A stretch of DNA of 64,000 nucleotides from Lenisia limosa (lineage: Eukaryota; Protista; Breviatea). Below, one piece after another: positions 33,901 through 46,463 of the stretch. The notes beneath the pieces were generated by a model that searched no databases, was not told the DNA's origin, and worked only from the letters and a program-made list of their open reading frames with translations. Both the position numbers and the translations under genes were made by a program. Every line of letters starts with the position of its first letter. The stretch's first letter is position 1. The DNA lies in assembly GCA_001655205.1 (NCBI GenBank), contig LPNZ01009306.1, positions 1 to 64,000 of the forward strand, written 5' to 3'.

Positions 33901-35661
33901 AGTGGAGTTGAGTAACATTCTCCTTCGTCAACACCTTATAACAGTGGTGTCTGTATTGGAGATACTGAGACGCACTCAATGGTCCATTTATCGGTTTGCT
34001 GTTTTTCAGAATTATAAAGACATTGCGTTGCCTTAATTGTCTAGGCTTGAAAATGAACACACGAACAACGTTGGAAGCTTCCGTGCAGTCAACCTTGTCC
34101 CCCTTCCCTTCAGTCTCACGACCTGGGCCAAAGACTCTTCAGCCAGCGTGGGTCTTTTGTGCTTTTTCTTTATGCTTGATGGCTCCAGTCCAATACAATG
34201 GACAATAGATTGTTTTTAATTAATACTCGCATTCTTTATTTCAAAGAGTAAGTGTCACCCCTCAGGTGTGCCAGAAGTGCCCAACCGTGTTTACCCTTTT
34301 TCGCCGCCGTCACCACTGCCGCCGCTGCGGAAAAATTTTCTGCATCAAGTTGGCTCTGATGTTAAGATACCACCCCTTGTCAGTAGTACATAACCCCCCC
34401 AGATGCGCGAGTAAGAAAACCACTGTTTCTGAAGTTGGAGGGAGGAGTCATGCTGGAGGGGAGGAGTCATGCTGGAGGGAGGAGTCATGCTGGAGGGAGG
34501 AGTCATGCTGGAGGGNNNNNNNNNNNNNNNNNNNNNNNNNNNNNNNNNNNNNNNNNNNNNNNNNNNNNNNNNNNNNNNNNNNNNNNNNNNNNNNNNNNNN
34601 NNNNNNNNNNNNNNNNNNNNNNNNNNNNNNNNNNNNNNNNNNNNNNNNNNNNNNNNNNNNGAGTCATGTAATGTGAGATGAACAAATGCCAACATTCTGT
34701 TGAAGAAATACATTTGACCCTTTCAGCTTGGGGGAGACGCAGTGCGGGTGTGTGATGCCTGTTTCGATATTGAAGAGTCGAGGCCTTCACGCCCACTTGC
34801 TCCTTGCCATCGAATGCTGCATAAAAGCCAGACCCCGTATGGCATGTTGACATATGTGGCCCTTTCCGACCCCTTCATCCGCACTCCCAATGATGACGGT
34901 TATCTTCCCGAATCCATGATGCAGGAAACTGACTACTCTGACGCCTACCCCGCCTCGCCTTACTCCTTCCATGTAAGCTTTTGTCAGGCGCATTATTGTG
35001 GTTTGAATTTGACTTTTAGGGTTCCCCGGACTACACATACCAAACCGCCACCCCAAGCGCCTCGGTGAATTACTCCGAAGTTTGTGGGAATATTCAGTCG
35101 ACGAAGTCTGGTGACGCCGTTCTGCTTCTGAGCAAAGCCTCTGTTACTCCCTCCTCCAGCAGGCTCTGGGAATTTTTTTTTACCCTTCCTCAGAAATCTG
35201 AGCCGTCGATACACGGCTCAGACGTTCAAACCCCCGTCATCGTGCTTCCTCTCGACACTGCCTCGTCACACTCCGACATGGCGCCACGCAGTCCTTTGCG
35301 CCAATGCAGCCCAGACCGACCCCACATCACAACATCCGTAACCTCCAATGATGGTGAGTGGGGGGGATGGGGGTCTCGCAGAACATAGTTCACATAATAT
35401 AAAAAAACATAATATGATATGATGTACTGACAATTTCAATTTGGTTTACATTTCATATTTCTACCTATTACCATCATATTCCATGTTGCAGAAAACCGAC
35501 TTGGCGTTCTAGGAAGCTTGCCAAAGTCACATTCTATCGACGATTTATACTGCACCAGCCCCATGTCCATTCGTGATGGTCGCGGAGGTAAGCCCTACTA
35601 TCAATTGATCTGTTCAGGCGAGACAACAATCACTCTTGCTGATTCCGATCAAGATGAATAA
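30964..35661 (+). CDS. XPR1: SPX-EXS phosphate exporter (XPR1/SYG1/PHO1 family) with C-terminal FYVE zinc finger and Ser/Pro-rich tail
   Basis: MKFEGTL...PEWRSEYINYPKL (SPX); FRRVRFQ...FADF..ADLLTS, LPYIWRFLQCLRRYHD, NALKYSS, RLENEHTNNVGSFRAV (EXS); then WAKDSSAS|VCQKC...RRRHHCRRCGKIFCIK|CAS...|RVCDACF (FYVE). Confidence 0.88.
34434..34667. repeat. 18-nt G-rich minisatellite (gaggagtcatgctggagg)n in the intron splitting the FYVE domain; runs into an N gap
   Basis: At least four visible units before the gap and a partial unit after it. Confidence 0.9.
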
Positions 35662-35770
35662 AACTATCTTGATGAATTTTTCTGATTTCAATCCCCATGA
35701 CCCATGAGTGACGTAAATTATCCAATAATCTACGAAAACACTCGTTCAATTATACCTAGTGGAGGGGGAG

Positions 35771-38700
35771 TTAGCAAGGCTGACAAACTCTGTCTGCTGT
35801 GTTTGTGCATTCAGTACCGATGCATTCGGCACACGTCTGGCAAGCTAAAGGAATAACAAGACAGCGCCAGCCACTTACCCGTGCAAACATCATTGGAACT
35901 CATAGCTCCAGTGCTCACATGAAAGTGGTTCGTCCTATACCATGATGCAACACAAGAGCCTTACGTGCAAGCGCCGCAAGTTTCACCATTTCCACCCGCA
36001 CGATTGAGAGTTGAACAATCACTGCAGCCTCTATCAGAGCTCGAAATGCAACTAGCAATTTGGTACTGAGAATCTGTGCAAGTGGTACATGCTAATAGAG
36101 ATAAGCGAAGAACTGTCCTCACCTTGGCATATTGACACCCCAGAGGTACTCTCACTGGGATTAAAATATCCAAATTTACACTCTCCACACAAGTAATATG
36201 AATCAAGGCCTTCTCTGTTGAGTTCAGCACATGAAACAGTGACTGTATTTTGGTTATCCTGGCACTCAGAAAGAATAGCCTTCTCATAACCACCCACTTC
36301 ACAATCTAAATATAATAAACAAATATCACGTGTGAGTCTCACCTGAACACACAGAAGAGGCAGCAATGTCTCCATTGATATTATTGTATTTACCAGCAGC
36401 ACACGATCCACAAGTCACACCATTGTTGTTGTACCTCCCAATGGAAAGGCATGAGATACATGTTCGGTCTGTTTGCCCAGAACATAGTGTGGCTTCGTAA
36501 TACAAGTTATCACACGGAGATGCACAGCCTAATCAGGTGAGTAAAATACCCTCTGCATTCAAACCTGAACAAGGGGTATTTGAATTGATATGTCCTGAGG
36601 TGGACTCATACATATTTGAGGAGCATGTCCCACAAATAACTCCATTATTTGAGTGCCGTCCAATAGCACTACAACCTGAGCAGACAGTATTGGACGTGGT
36701 TGTACAGAGTGTTGAAATGTAATGTGTTGCTGAACAAGAAGAGCAAGCTAGACAAGTTAGAAACAACAATGCCCCACCGTTACACGTTGTTGTAGCGGCT
36801 TCGTTACCGTCTCCTTCCCTCCAGTGGGTCGAAAGACAGGCGCCGCAAAGGTCTCCACTTTGGGAGCCTCGGTGAAGGTCACCAGAGCAGCTTCCGGTGT
36901 TGGTATTTGATATGCTTGTGCAGCTGTCAATGAGGTACTCATCTGCGTCGACTGTCGAGCAGGCTGGGGGTGTGAGGCAAGGCGGCTAACTTACCATAAC
37001 AGGAATTGGTTCCAAAAAGCCACCCCAAGATCGGAAAATAATATTCATCAGCACACTTTCCGCAAATGTCACCATCCCCATTGACTCGATGAATCGATTC
37101 ACAAGAGACACATTGGAGATTGGCTGTTTTGCTACAGTGTTATATTTGAGTAGAGCCTTTCAAACCTGCATTCAGCATCTCTGAAATGTGTATTGGCACA
37201 GGATGCCTTACAAACTGCAGCATTATCTTTCACAAACAAGACCTACTTGAGCACAGCGTATTAACACCGATGGTTCCTCCATCGCCAGACCGAAAGTAGT
37301 TGGTTGAACAAGTACCGCACGTGACCCGATTGTGGCCATCTCTGTGGAGAGACGCACAAGTTGCGCAAGTAGTCTGCGCTGTCAGCGTGCACGCTGTGAC
37401 TTCGTAGCTTGTCGTCAAACAGCCGACACATTCTGAGTAACATGAACAATGAATACAGTGAGTGGTACATACGTCCGCACATGGTGTTCGCTGAAATGTC
37501 GCCGTCGTCGGCCTTCCAGAATCCTGTACTGCATGTGCCACACGTGAAGCCATCTCCACCATTTCGGAACTTCGATGAACAGTCCGTGCATACAATGTCT
37601 GTTGTAAGTGTGCACGTCCCGGTTTTGAATTTGGAAGTTGGGCAAATTGTTCGACATTCTAGAGAATTATCAGAACGTAATCCAACCAGTGCATGGGAGA
37701 TTGCCGTCTGTGTCCCCTGCTGATGTCTCAAAGTAGCCAACATTGCATGAAGAGCACAAGTTTCCTTCCATGTGAAAAAAGGAGACACATTATCTTACCC
37801 CATTCGCCTCCTCTGTTGATGTCGATACACCATCCACATTGCATGTCGGAGGTGGTTGTGCATTCCGCCGACTTGTATTTACTGAATGTACATTCGGTTT
37901 CACAAGCTGACAATTAAAACAGAAAAAAACAAAAAAAACTAACCAAAACAGTTAGAATTGCTGTTAATACCGCCTGATGCAATGTTATAGTAACTAGGTG
38001 AACAATGGCCACATGTGATTCCGTTGTTAGAGTTTCTGAACTGAGCGGAACAGTCCCCACAGGTGGTATCAGAAGTCTACGGTAATTAGCAAAAACAGTC
38101 CTTACAAGAGTACAGGCGTTTGTGACATAATGTGTATTCGGACAAACGGTACAACCTTAAAACAGTTAAACATCGTTGTACAAACATACTCGTGCATTCA
38201 GACTTTCCTGAAATTGCTCCTTCTAAGAGGTGGTAGTAGGTGCTCTGGCAGGTTCCACAGAGGGTGCCGGCAAGCCCGTTGCGATGAAGGGATGTGCACG
38301 TTCCACAGACCTAATTGTCAATTTTAAGGTGACAAACAGTGTTAACATTGCTGCATGGGGTATGAAGATAATTTGAAAACTCAGCACATAATTGACAGTC
38401 TAAACAGTTATACAAAGAGTTCAACAAACATTGGCACATTGAAATGTAGCTTGGGAAATCCTCAGTTCCATGGTAATATCCTGGAAGACAGCTTCCACAC
38501 TTGTTTCCACTTTGATTTTCTCGAAATACATTTGAGCAGATTTCACACTGGGTGTCAACTTTGGGCTGACATGCAACCTTTAGGAAGGTGGTGTTTTCAT
38601 CGCAAAGATTACAGCCTAAATGATAAATATTTTTTGGGAATAGACTATTCGTAAGGCTTTGGGCAAAAATCCAACCCCAAACTGTTACATGTGTCAATTC

Positions 38701-40275
38701 GATCAGCGTCATTGTTGATATGCCAATACGTGGGCTAGAGGCTCATGAGAAGTGGCACAGCATACCAGACAAAGGCCACAGTTGTTCCCGACCATATCGA
38801 AGCGATGAACATCGACACAAAGGGCACATTCCGCCGACTTCACGTTTATCTCGCATTCATTAACCCGGTATGTGGACGCTCCTTCACACTTTGCACAATC
38901 TAGATGTCATTCTTACAATCCGCTGTCCCTACTAGCGTAACATTTGGCATCTCTTGACCAGCCTCCTAAAGAGTCACAATTGCTTTAATAAGTGTGTGTC
39001 AGTTTGAGAGGCACAAACAAACCGGAAGGACTGCATGTTAACGTCTCATCAATAAACGGCAAATCCATTGGATCGCAAACTCCCTATACAATGAAAGCAA
39101 ACAGCGAAACTCAGTTTGGCTACGGCCTCATAGTAACAGAGCCTCCATTGGAAAATTGTCCAAAATCCCCATTCTACCTCCAGATGGATGTCAGCGGAGT
39201 AGGGCCCGGTTCCTCGAGGTCTTTGGAAGTTGGATATTATTATGGACACCACAGGGTCGGATACAGGTCCAGTAAAGTCGCATATATGGTCTGTGGAAAT
39301 AGTCAATAATAGTTGGTTGGCAATTCAATCTAGGAGGAATATATATATACTACCTAAGATGTAGGTTCCATTTACCGGATTCAATTTTTTTTTTATCTTT
39401 TTCTTCTAAATCCAACTTTTTTAAAGGAGTTTCTTTTTTATCTCGAGAGAAACAGCATTTTTTACAGTCAGGCTTGGGTTTTAACTCATACCATTCAGCT
39501 GGAACAACAACTTCCTGTGAATAATATCACACTATAATAAACAAATTTGATTTGTTCTGTTTTCACGACCACGCCAGCTTTTCCAGCCGAAGAAATGACC
39601 ACAATGGGAAAAAACGAAAAAAATTCGAATTTTGGAATCTCAAAAAAATTCGGTACTTTTCGGTCTACCCAGTTTTTTTCTGACAACTTTTCACTGTAAG
39701 GGTTTTTTTTCATTTCTGTCTCGATAAAAATACCAGCTGATAAATTAATAAAAGTACAACTTAGGTCCCCATACTTTATATACTCCTCCTAGATTCAATC
39801 ACCCCCCCCCCTCACAAACCTGTGACTAAAGCTGAGAGTGAACTCTGAACAGGTTAATCGTCATAATATTTCTTACCTTGATGTCAGCAAAGTCTTGAAA
39901 CGCCACATTCTCGAGATTATCAACCTAAAGATGAGCCGAGAAAAGAGTTTCCAAATGATTATATTCGATTAGCATGGAAGAATTATCTGTATCCCACAAG
40001 CCCACCATGGTATCCACCGAATTTTTGGTCGAGACCGATGATATGTTTTGAAAAGTAGATTCATTGTGCAAAGATAATGTTTTGCTGTGTAACCTGAATG
40101 GTCAAATCTTTCGGCGCATAAGCGCATAATTCACCCGACAGATGAAACCCCTTTATTCATTTTAATTTCAAAACTAGAATTACTGTCTATATCATTGCTA
40201 TAATACAATAATATCAAACCTTAAGGACTCATTGACTGCGAAAAGAGCAGCAAAGAGAAGAACGAGAATAAACAT
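35771..40275 (-). CDS. Secreted cysteine-rich protein with about 13 TNFR/furin-like ~60-aa repeats, no transmembrane segment seen
   Basis: Signal peptide MFILVLLFAALFAVNESL; repeats of type CxxC...Y....CT.TSDT.C..C....R......CG.C...Y; ends TECTNTADRVCQPC*. Exons between 39050 and 39360 not fully resolved. Confidence 0.8.
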
Positions 40276-40831
40276 ATGATTGGAATGTGGACTTCAGATA
40301 TTTTCGTTATATTCCATTTTGGAGCAAGTTAGTTGGCTATAGTGCCCTTTCTTTATTTCTCCTTTTTTTTAACTTTTTTAACTGTCTGTCTGAGGGGCGG
40401 GGGGGGGGGGGNNNNNNNNNNNNNNNNNNNNNNNNNNNNNNNNNNNNNNNNNNNNNNNNNNNNNNNNNNNNNNNNNNNNNNNNNNNNNNNNNNNNNNNNN
40501 NNNNNNNNNNNNNGTCTTGCAGTTTCCCTTGTCTTCCTCTCCATCTCAAGATATAATATATTTATAATATGATTACAGTATGATATTATCCCTATGATCA
40601 GCCTATGATCACTCTCTGATAATATTTGTACGTTACTACGTTATACGTTACTAACACAGCTAACTTACGTTAAAACTTCAAGCTGCAGAGACATATCCAC
40701 TATTCACATTCATTCGACAATTTTTAGTGCTTAAACTAAAAGGTTTGTTGTTGAATCATTGTGAATATTAAATATGTTGATAATTTTTTTTTTTTTTTTG
40801 CAAAGTCTCTGATAACATCTTGCAGTGAAAG

Positions 40832-43800
40832 ATGAGTGAGTCTGATTCAGATTCTTCCTTTGCATTTTCCGTCAGAAAAAACCGACAGGTGGAAACGGTA
40901 AGCTGAACATAATGAAGGCTTTTCAAATTGGTACACTCCACTTTTTCATTGTCCATATTTTCAAGGCCCTCACACTTTAGTCTGGTACTTCCAGCAACTC
41001 CTTGTCGAACAGGTTCCAAAACAATGTACGTTCTTCATTTTGTTACGCATGTTTTTCTTCGGATGCGGGTTACAGTATTTTGTGAGTACGTGTTGTTTAG
41101 TTCCGACCTCACTGAACGCCAGCCAATCTAAAAGAGAATGAAATTTATTGAAAAGAAACAACAGCAGGGCTTTTTTACGGCAGCTTCTGACAAATACGAG
41201 AGAAATATCTCAATTCTGTCAGGTCTCTGTGAAAATAATCTAACAGTCAAAGCAATAAAAGATGTTTGACAAGCAGGTTGACGAGATCTTTTCGCAGCAG
41301 CATGCACGCAACGTTGCCGCCCTAGCCTCAACGGACAAGCTGGGCGAGGACCAGTGTTGGAACGCTTGGGTGGGCCCCTAAATGGGAAATGTGTTCGGTT
41401 TGCAAACCGCTCCGATATCACCTTTGACAAGGACATCCACACGGTACAAATTAATTTAGTGTGTTTGTTTTAAAGTAACACTGCAGCAAACGATGCACCC
41501 TTCTGTTCAGTCTCTTGTTGAGAGTTCATCAGAATCAAAGGTATGATTCTTATTATCAAATCACTTTATGTATCATTTTCACGTGTGTTACTATCATTTT
41601 TCACGCAGTGATGTGATACTTCATATACACACGTATGATAATTGTCAATGATAAGACACACTCGGGATGAACCTTCGTTCATCATTTTGACTCGAAGGTC
41701 AGTCATATGACCATATCATTAGTGGATATGGGTCAAGTTATCTTTGTACACGGTTTTATGAGACATTATGTTAAGTTGTCTTTCATACATGGTACATCAG
41801 CACATTCGCGTTCACCCCCAAGCTCCGGAATTCCATTGCCAAAGTCGTCTCCGCATCATCCCTCAAAGCCTCATCGCATGCCACTCTCCTGTCACACTCT
41901 CCTCCCAAACACCTGACAGTTCCCCTCACACAGTCTCGCGTACAGGCCACGTCCACAACATCCGTCCAAAAACCTGACCTTCCTCTCCAGAGTGACCTTT
42001 CATCTCTTGGGGCCAAAGAAAGCCCTCGTCAAGAGCCTGTTCCAAGGTCCCTTTCTCGCCCTGTTGCTAAGACTCCAACCGCGCCAGCTGTGACGCCAGC
42101 GCAACATTTCACGCCGCATTCACTGCCAACACTCAGCCCCCCTGTACTCAGCCCGATAGTCACCCACACCCAGAGCAGGGTTGCCTTCCGCCCAACACCG
42201 GAGCACTTTGGCAGTCTCCAATCCAGTCAGCTACCAAGGCCAGTCAGACAGTTCCACACTTCCTCAGTCCCCACGCACAACTATGTGTCACCATCGCCAT
42301 TCATCCCACAGCCCTACATTGCCACGCATACGAACAATTATTCGCAATACCCCCCTATTCCCCAACCAGTCCCCCAACAAACTCCCCAACTCTCAAATCT
42401 CCAATCCTCCGCTCCTCTTTTTAGCCCCCAAGAAAGACCGTCCCACCGAGCGGGCACTTCAGCTGACAATGTGTCTGCTCTGACTGCTCTCAAGGCGGTA
42501 GCAGCTGATGTCAGAGTCCTCACCGTGGGCCTTTTACTCAGGGTGCCTTTTCTGCTTATATGAGTCAAATAGAAATGATATACCCTCATTTCAAAGCATC
42601 ACCTCGATTTAGGATTGCGATTTTGAAATTATGTAGATATGAGTAATACTTCAAGTTAGCCCAACTGTAACGTTTTTTATGAATAATGTGTTATTTGCCC
42701 CATTTTTTTGTCTGCCTACAATGATACCCTCTAATACTGCAGACTGACGTGGTGAAGAAGCTGAGTCAATCCACTACCGCTTCATCTGAAGGCACTAAGG
42801 TCCACCAGAGCTCCAGCAGGGCGTTCCAGTCAGAACCGCAGTTTTCATTACCAAACAGATACACTGTTCCGAATAACCTTGAACACCGAACGTCTCTTCA
42901 GATGCCTGCCCTCAACCCCGACATTTCTGCCCCAAAAAGGGTAGGTCAGTATTCATCAACTTAGTTAATTGTAGCATTATGTTTGCCCCTCAAGCGACCC
43001 ATTTGTCCCCAAAGTAACTGCACCAGTCCAGCCCAAAGGCCAGCCCAAGTCTGTTATTTGTTTTGGGGTTGGAAGATTTCTGACCTTTTAGTTCTCCACC
43101 TTACAATGAGGCTGATAAGGCTTTAAAAGAGTTTCAATCAACATTAGACCCACAGCTTATACCGACATTCCATCACAAAAGAGATGAAATTTCAGCAGCC
43201 ATTAACAAGGTGAAATTGTGCTTCCTTTGTTGAAGGCTTACTATTGCAGATTCTTGAGAAGTCATCAGACAAGAAAACTCAGGAGCAAGATCATGTGAAA
43301 GTGTTGGAAGTCGCCTCTGAGCCAATTGAGTCAAAAGTGGTCAGAGAAGATAAACCAGAAGACTTACCAAATTATTCAGCCACTTACCTTCCTCCTCACT
43401 CCACGACATACGAACCTGTTTGAAGGGATATGAGCGCCTTCCCTATTATACTCTTTCACTATCTCTTCTTCTTTTTTTTTTTTTTNNNNNNNNNNNNNNN
43501 NNNNNNNNNNNNNNNNNNNNNNTATTTTACATTCCACAGGATCCAATAGCCTTCAGACGGAACGACATCAGTCAAGACCCTGAAGCACTGTTAGCTTTGC
43601 TCCAAGCCAAAATGGCCGAAAAGAAACAGAAGGAGGCTGAACTTGGTCTTTTAAGTATGCATCTGGAACTGAATTTTATCAGCTCGTCTCAAAATAGGGT
43701 GGTATTTTCTAGCAAAAATTACCCCCCTCCCCACTATTCTTTTACAAACATTGTCACTTTTACCTCTTTTGAAATAAAATCTCTCAAAATTACCACCAGT

Positions 43801-44217
43801 CTCCCAACGTCTCCATGGCACACCAAGCCTGGGTAACAGGAAAATGGACGGACAAATCAAGAACACTAAGTCGAAAAGACCTCGAAAGTATGATGATAAT
43901 GTCATGAATAGATTTCGTCCCCACTGCACCAGCGATAACTTTTCAGGTCTACAAATGCAAAAACCAAAAGGCTTCAGTTCCAAGTAGGTGTCATTGGGCT
44001 TCCTTGTGTGGTTGTTTACCTTTATTAACGTCTAAAGAACGTGGAAGAGTATTCAAGTCAACGGCTTACAAGAGGAAAAGAGGTCTTTCCAAGGCAACCA
44101 CGGTAAGCTGAGTCTTTGACCGACCTTTTTCATTGACTCTGGACTTGATCTTGACACTACAGCTCATATGCCACTGATAGTATTATGTGGAAGGCTAACC
44201 GCTGCCCATCACATTAG
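40832..44217 (+). CDS. Uncharacterised Pro/Ser/Gln-rich protein, N-terminus possibly STIL-like
   Basis: Long coding exons at about 41800-42500, 42740-42940, 43080-43420, 43540-43650, 43840-43980; weak motif DEPSFIILTRSGYGSSYLCTRFYET. 5' exons, start and stop are uncertain. Confidence 0.55.
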
Positions 44218-44332
44218 GACGAGAGGTCTGTGTATTTATCTAAGTATTTTTCTATGGTGCCCGGAGTATTATTTATTTATCTCAATGTTCAATTACCACT
44301 TGAGATACGGGGTGATGGTGTATTGTATGACA

Positions 44333-46080
44333 TTACCTCTTAATGGCAGCAAGTTCGTTGATTCTGGACATTTCAATGGTTTCAGTTCCGTCCTTCCGAA
44401 GAGCAGCATTCTCAATCATTGCTTGGTCGTCAGTAATGGCAGTTTTCGAGACAGTTACAGGGATACTTACATAGAATATTTATTCTTTATGATATCTTTT
44501 GCCTGAAGCCACTCCTCCAAAAAAAAGTGTGGAGTATTCCACGTCATAGGTGAACTTATGATTTTCTCTGGATTGTGGTTGAAGTCCAGACCTACCCTGT
44601 CCAACATCAGCAACATCAATCATGCTGCCCTTAGTCCAGCTCTTCGGGAAGATTCCGAGAGTCAGAGCATATGTTCGCTCGAAAAAACGAAACTCTGGTC
44701 TCTCTCGAGCATTCAGTAATCCGGGGCGGAAGATGCTGGAAAGTGACACGAATTCAAGAATGAATTGTGAAAATATTGATATTCCGTTTCTGGCCAGATG
44801 CATTTGTCCATATTTGTGTCAAGGCTTACGCAGCACTTGGGAAATTTATTGCTGCGACCTTCTTCTCGACAGTTCCCTTGACACGCATGTAAAAGAAGTT
44901 GCTTTGAGGATGCGCCTTAGTTGACGACACCAAACTGAAGTGTTTTGCCTGTATCTATTAGTGATTCCACTTTGAGAGGCAAGGCATAATCACGATATTA
45001 TGTGTTCTATGATGATGTCACAAAGTGCCAAATGTACAAACCCCAGCGTTTTTTGCGGCTTCTGCAGCAGTGAGGACGAAGTCATGGTCAACTCTCAGCT
45101 GCCCCTGGTGGCACAAACAGTAAGGAAAGATAGTTTGGTTGAAGCTCAGTCCAAATTAGGGATTGCGTTCAGTGATAAAAGAACTTTTGATTCCCAAGAT
45201 GGTCATTCAATTAGAACACAGCTGGAAAGAAACTAGGTACCTCCTCCTCACACCTCTTTACCCGCTGCACCTCGGGTGGTGCCTAAACAACAATACACCT
45301 CATCTGACTCTTGCAGACAGCCCACGAGATCTGTGAATGATGGACCTGAGGTGTGAATTGCGTTTATATAGTATCCGTATTATATAAGATATGATATGCA
45401 TTGTTGGGGTTAATGTGAATCGTGTATAGACTATATCATCATATGTATACATATCACCAAGGATATGGAGAAAGGAGCAAAAGGAGGACAAACCCCCCAA
45501 ATTCCTCCATATAGTAATGGGGAGGGACCACTTTAACTTCAAACTTCCCTCAAACCTCTGGCGCTTAGCCTTTCATCCTCTGTCTTTCCTGGCTCTCCTG
45601 CTGCGTCTTCAAAATCCACTTTCTGTCAAGGGAAGGAATGTGAGGCTAGAATGCCAAAATTGCCCCCCCACCCTAACGGAGACCCACAAACCACAAAGGA
45701 CAACTTTTCATTTTCAATTCCCTCAATTGGTCGTCTTCCTAAAACGAGAACCTAAATTGTCACCCCCTCTTCATCAGCTTGAAATATATGAGTGATTTGG
45801 GTTGGAAGGAGGAAACAAAAACGATACGATACCCACGATGATCTTGCTTATTGCCGAGTAAATGTCCATAAAACTTGCTAATCTCATTTCCCCCAAGCAT
45901 AGCATGCAAATCAGAGAGGTTACCTTGGAGTATTCAGTTCTGGCAAGGAGGTTGGAAACTAGTGGCTTCCCAATAGCCCCAGTAGCTCCTATAATCAATA
46001 AACTAAAGCAAAGGACATCAAGTGAATAACATAAGAGCGGCAATTAGAATTGGATATTGATGACAGATAATGCGCTCTCA
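44333..46080 (-). CDS. HTATIP2: HTATIP2/TIP30-like NAD(P)-binding oxidoreductase
   Basis: LIIGATGAIGK...GRR...VDFE...VYCCLGTTRGAAGKE...VDHDFVLTAAEAAKNAG...SIFRPGLL...DVADVGQAMIENA. Start approximate. Confidence 0.88.
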
Positions 46081-46463
46081 TTCCCACCAAATACAGCAGC
46101 TGTTGGCATTTTGGTGGTTCTGGCAGTTCTGTTTTTGCGTTGCTTCTTTTGGAAAAAAAAACACTCAAATTATAATTATTAATTTAATGAACCAAAAAAA
46201 AAAAGGGGGGGGGGATGGTCAAGCCAAGGGGCGGNNNNNNNNNNNNNNNNNNNNNNNNNNNNNNNNNNNNNNNNNNNNNNNNNNNNNNNNNNNNNNNNNN
46301 NNNNNNNNNNNNNNNNNNNNNNNNNNNNNNNNNNNNNNNNNNNNNNCCTCGTGAGCGGGCTAGTTTATATCAGCTGGCGATCCTTAATTATTAAAAAATA
46401 CAAAAAATCTACAATGCCCCCTTTTCCTGAATTCCCTAAAAAACCTAAACTTGTAACACAACT

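Noticed and set aside
34434-34667. Repeat array as a CRISPR
   Set aside because: Head-to-tail units without spacers, inside a eukaryotic intron, no cas genes.
38992-39309. 105-aa + strand ORF that looks protein-like
   Set aside because: Lies antisense to exons of the Cys-rich gene, has no recognisable domain and no convincing + strand splice chain.
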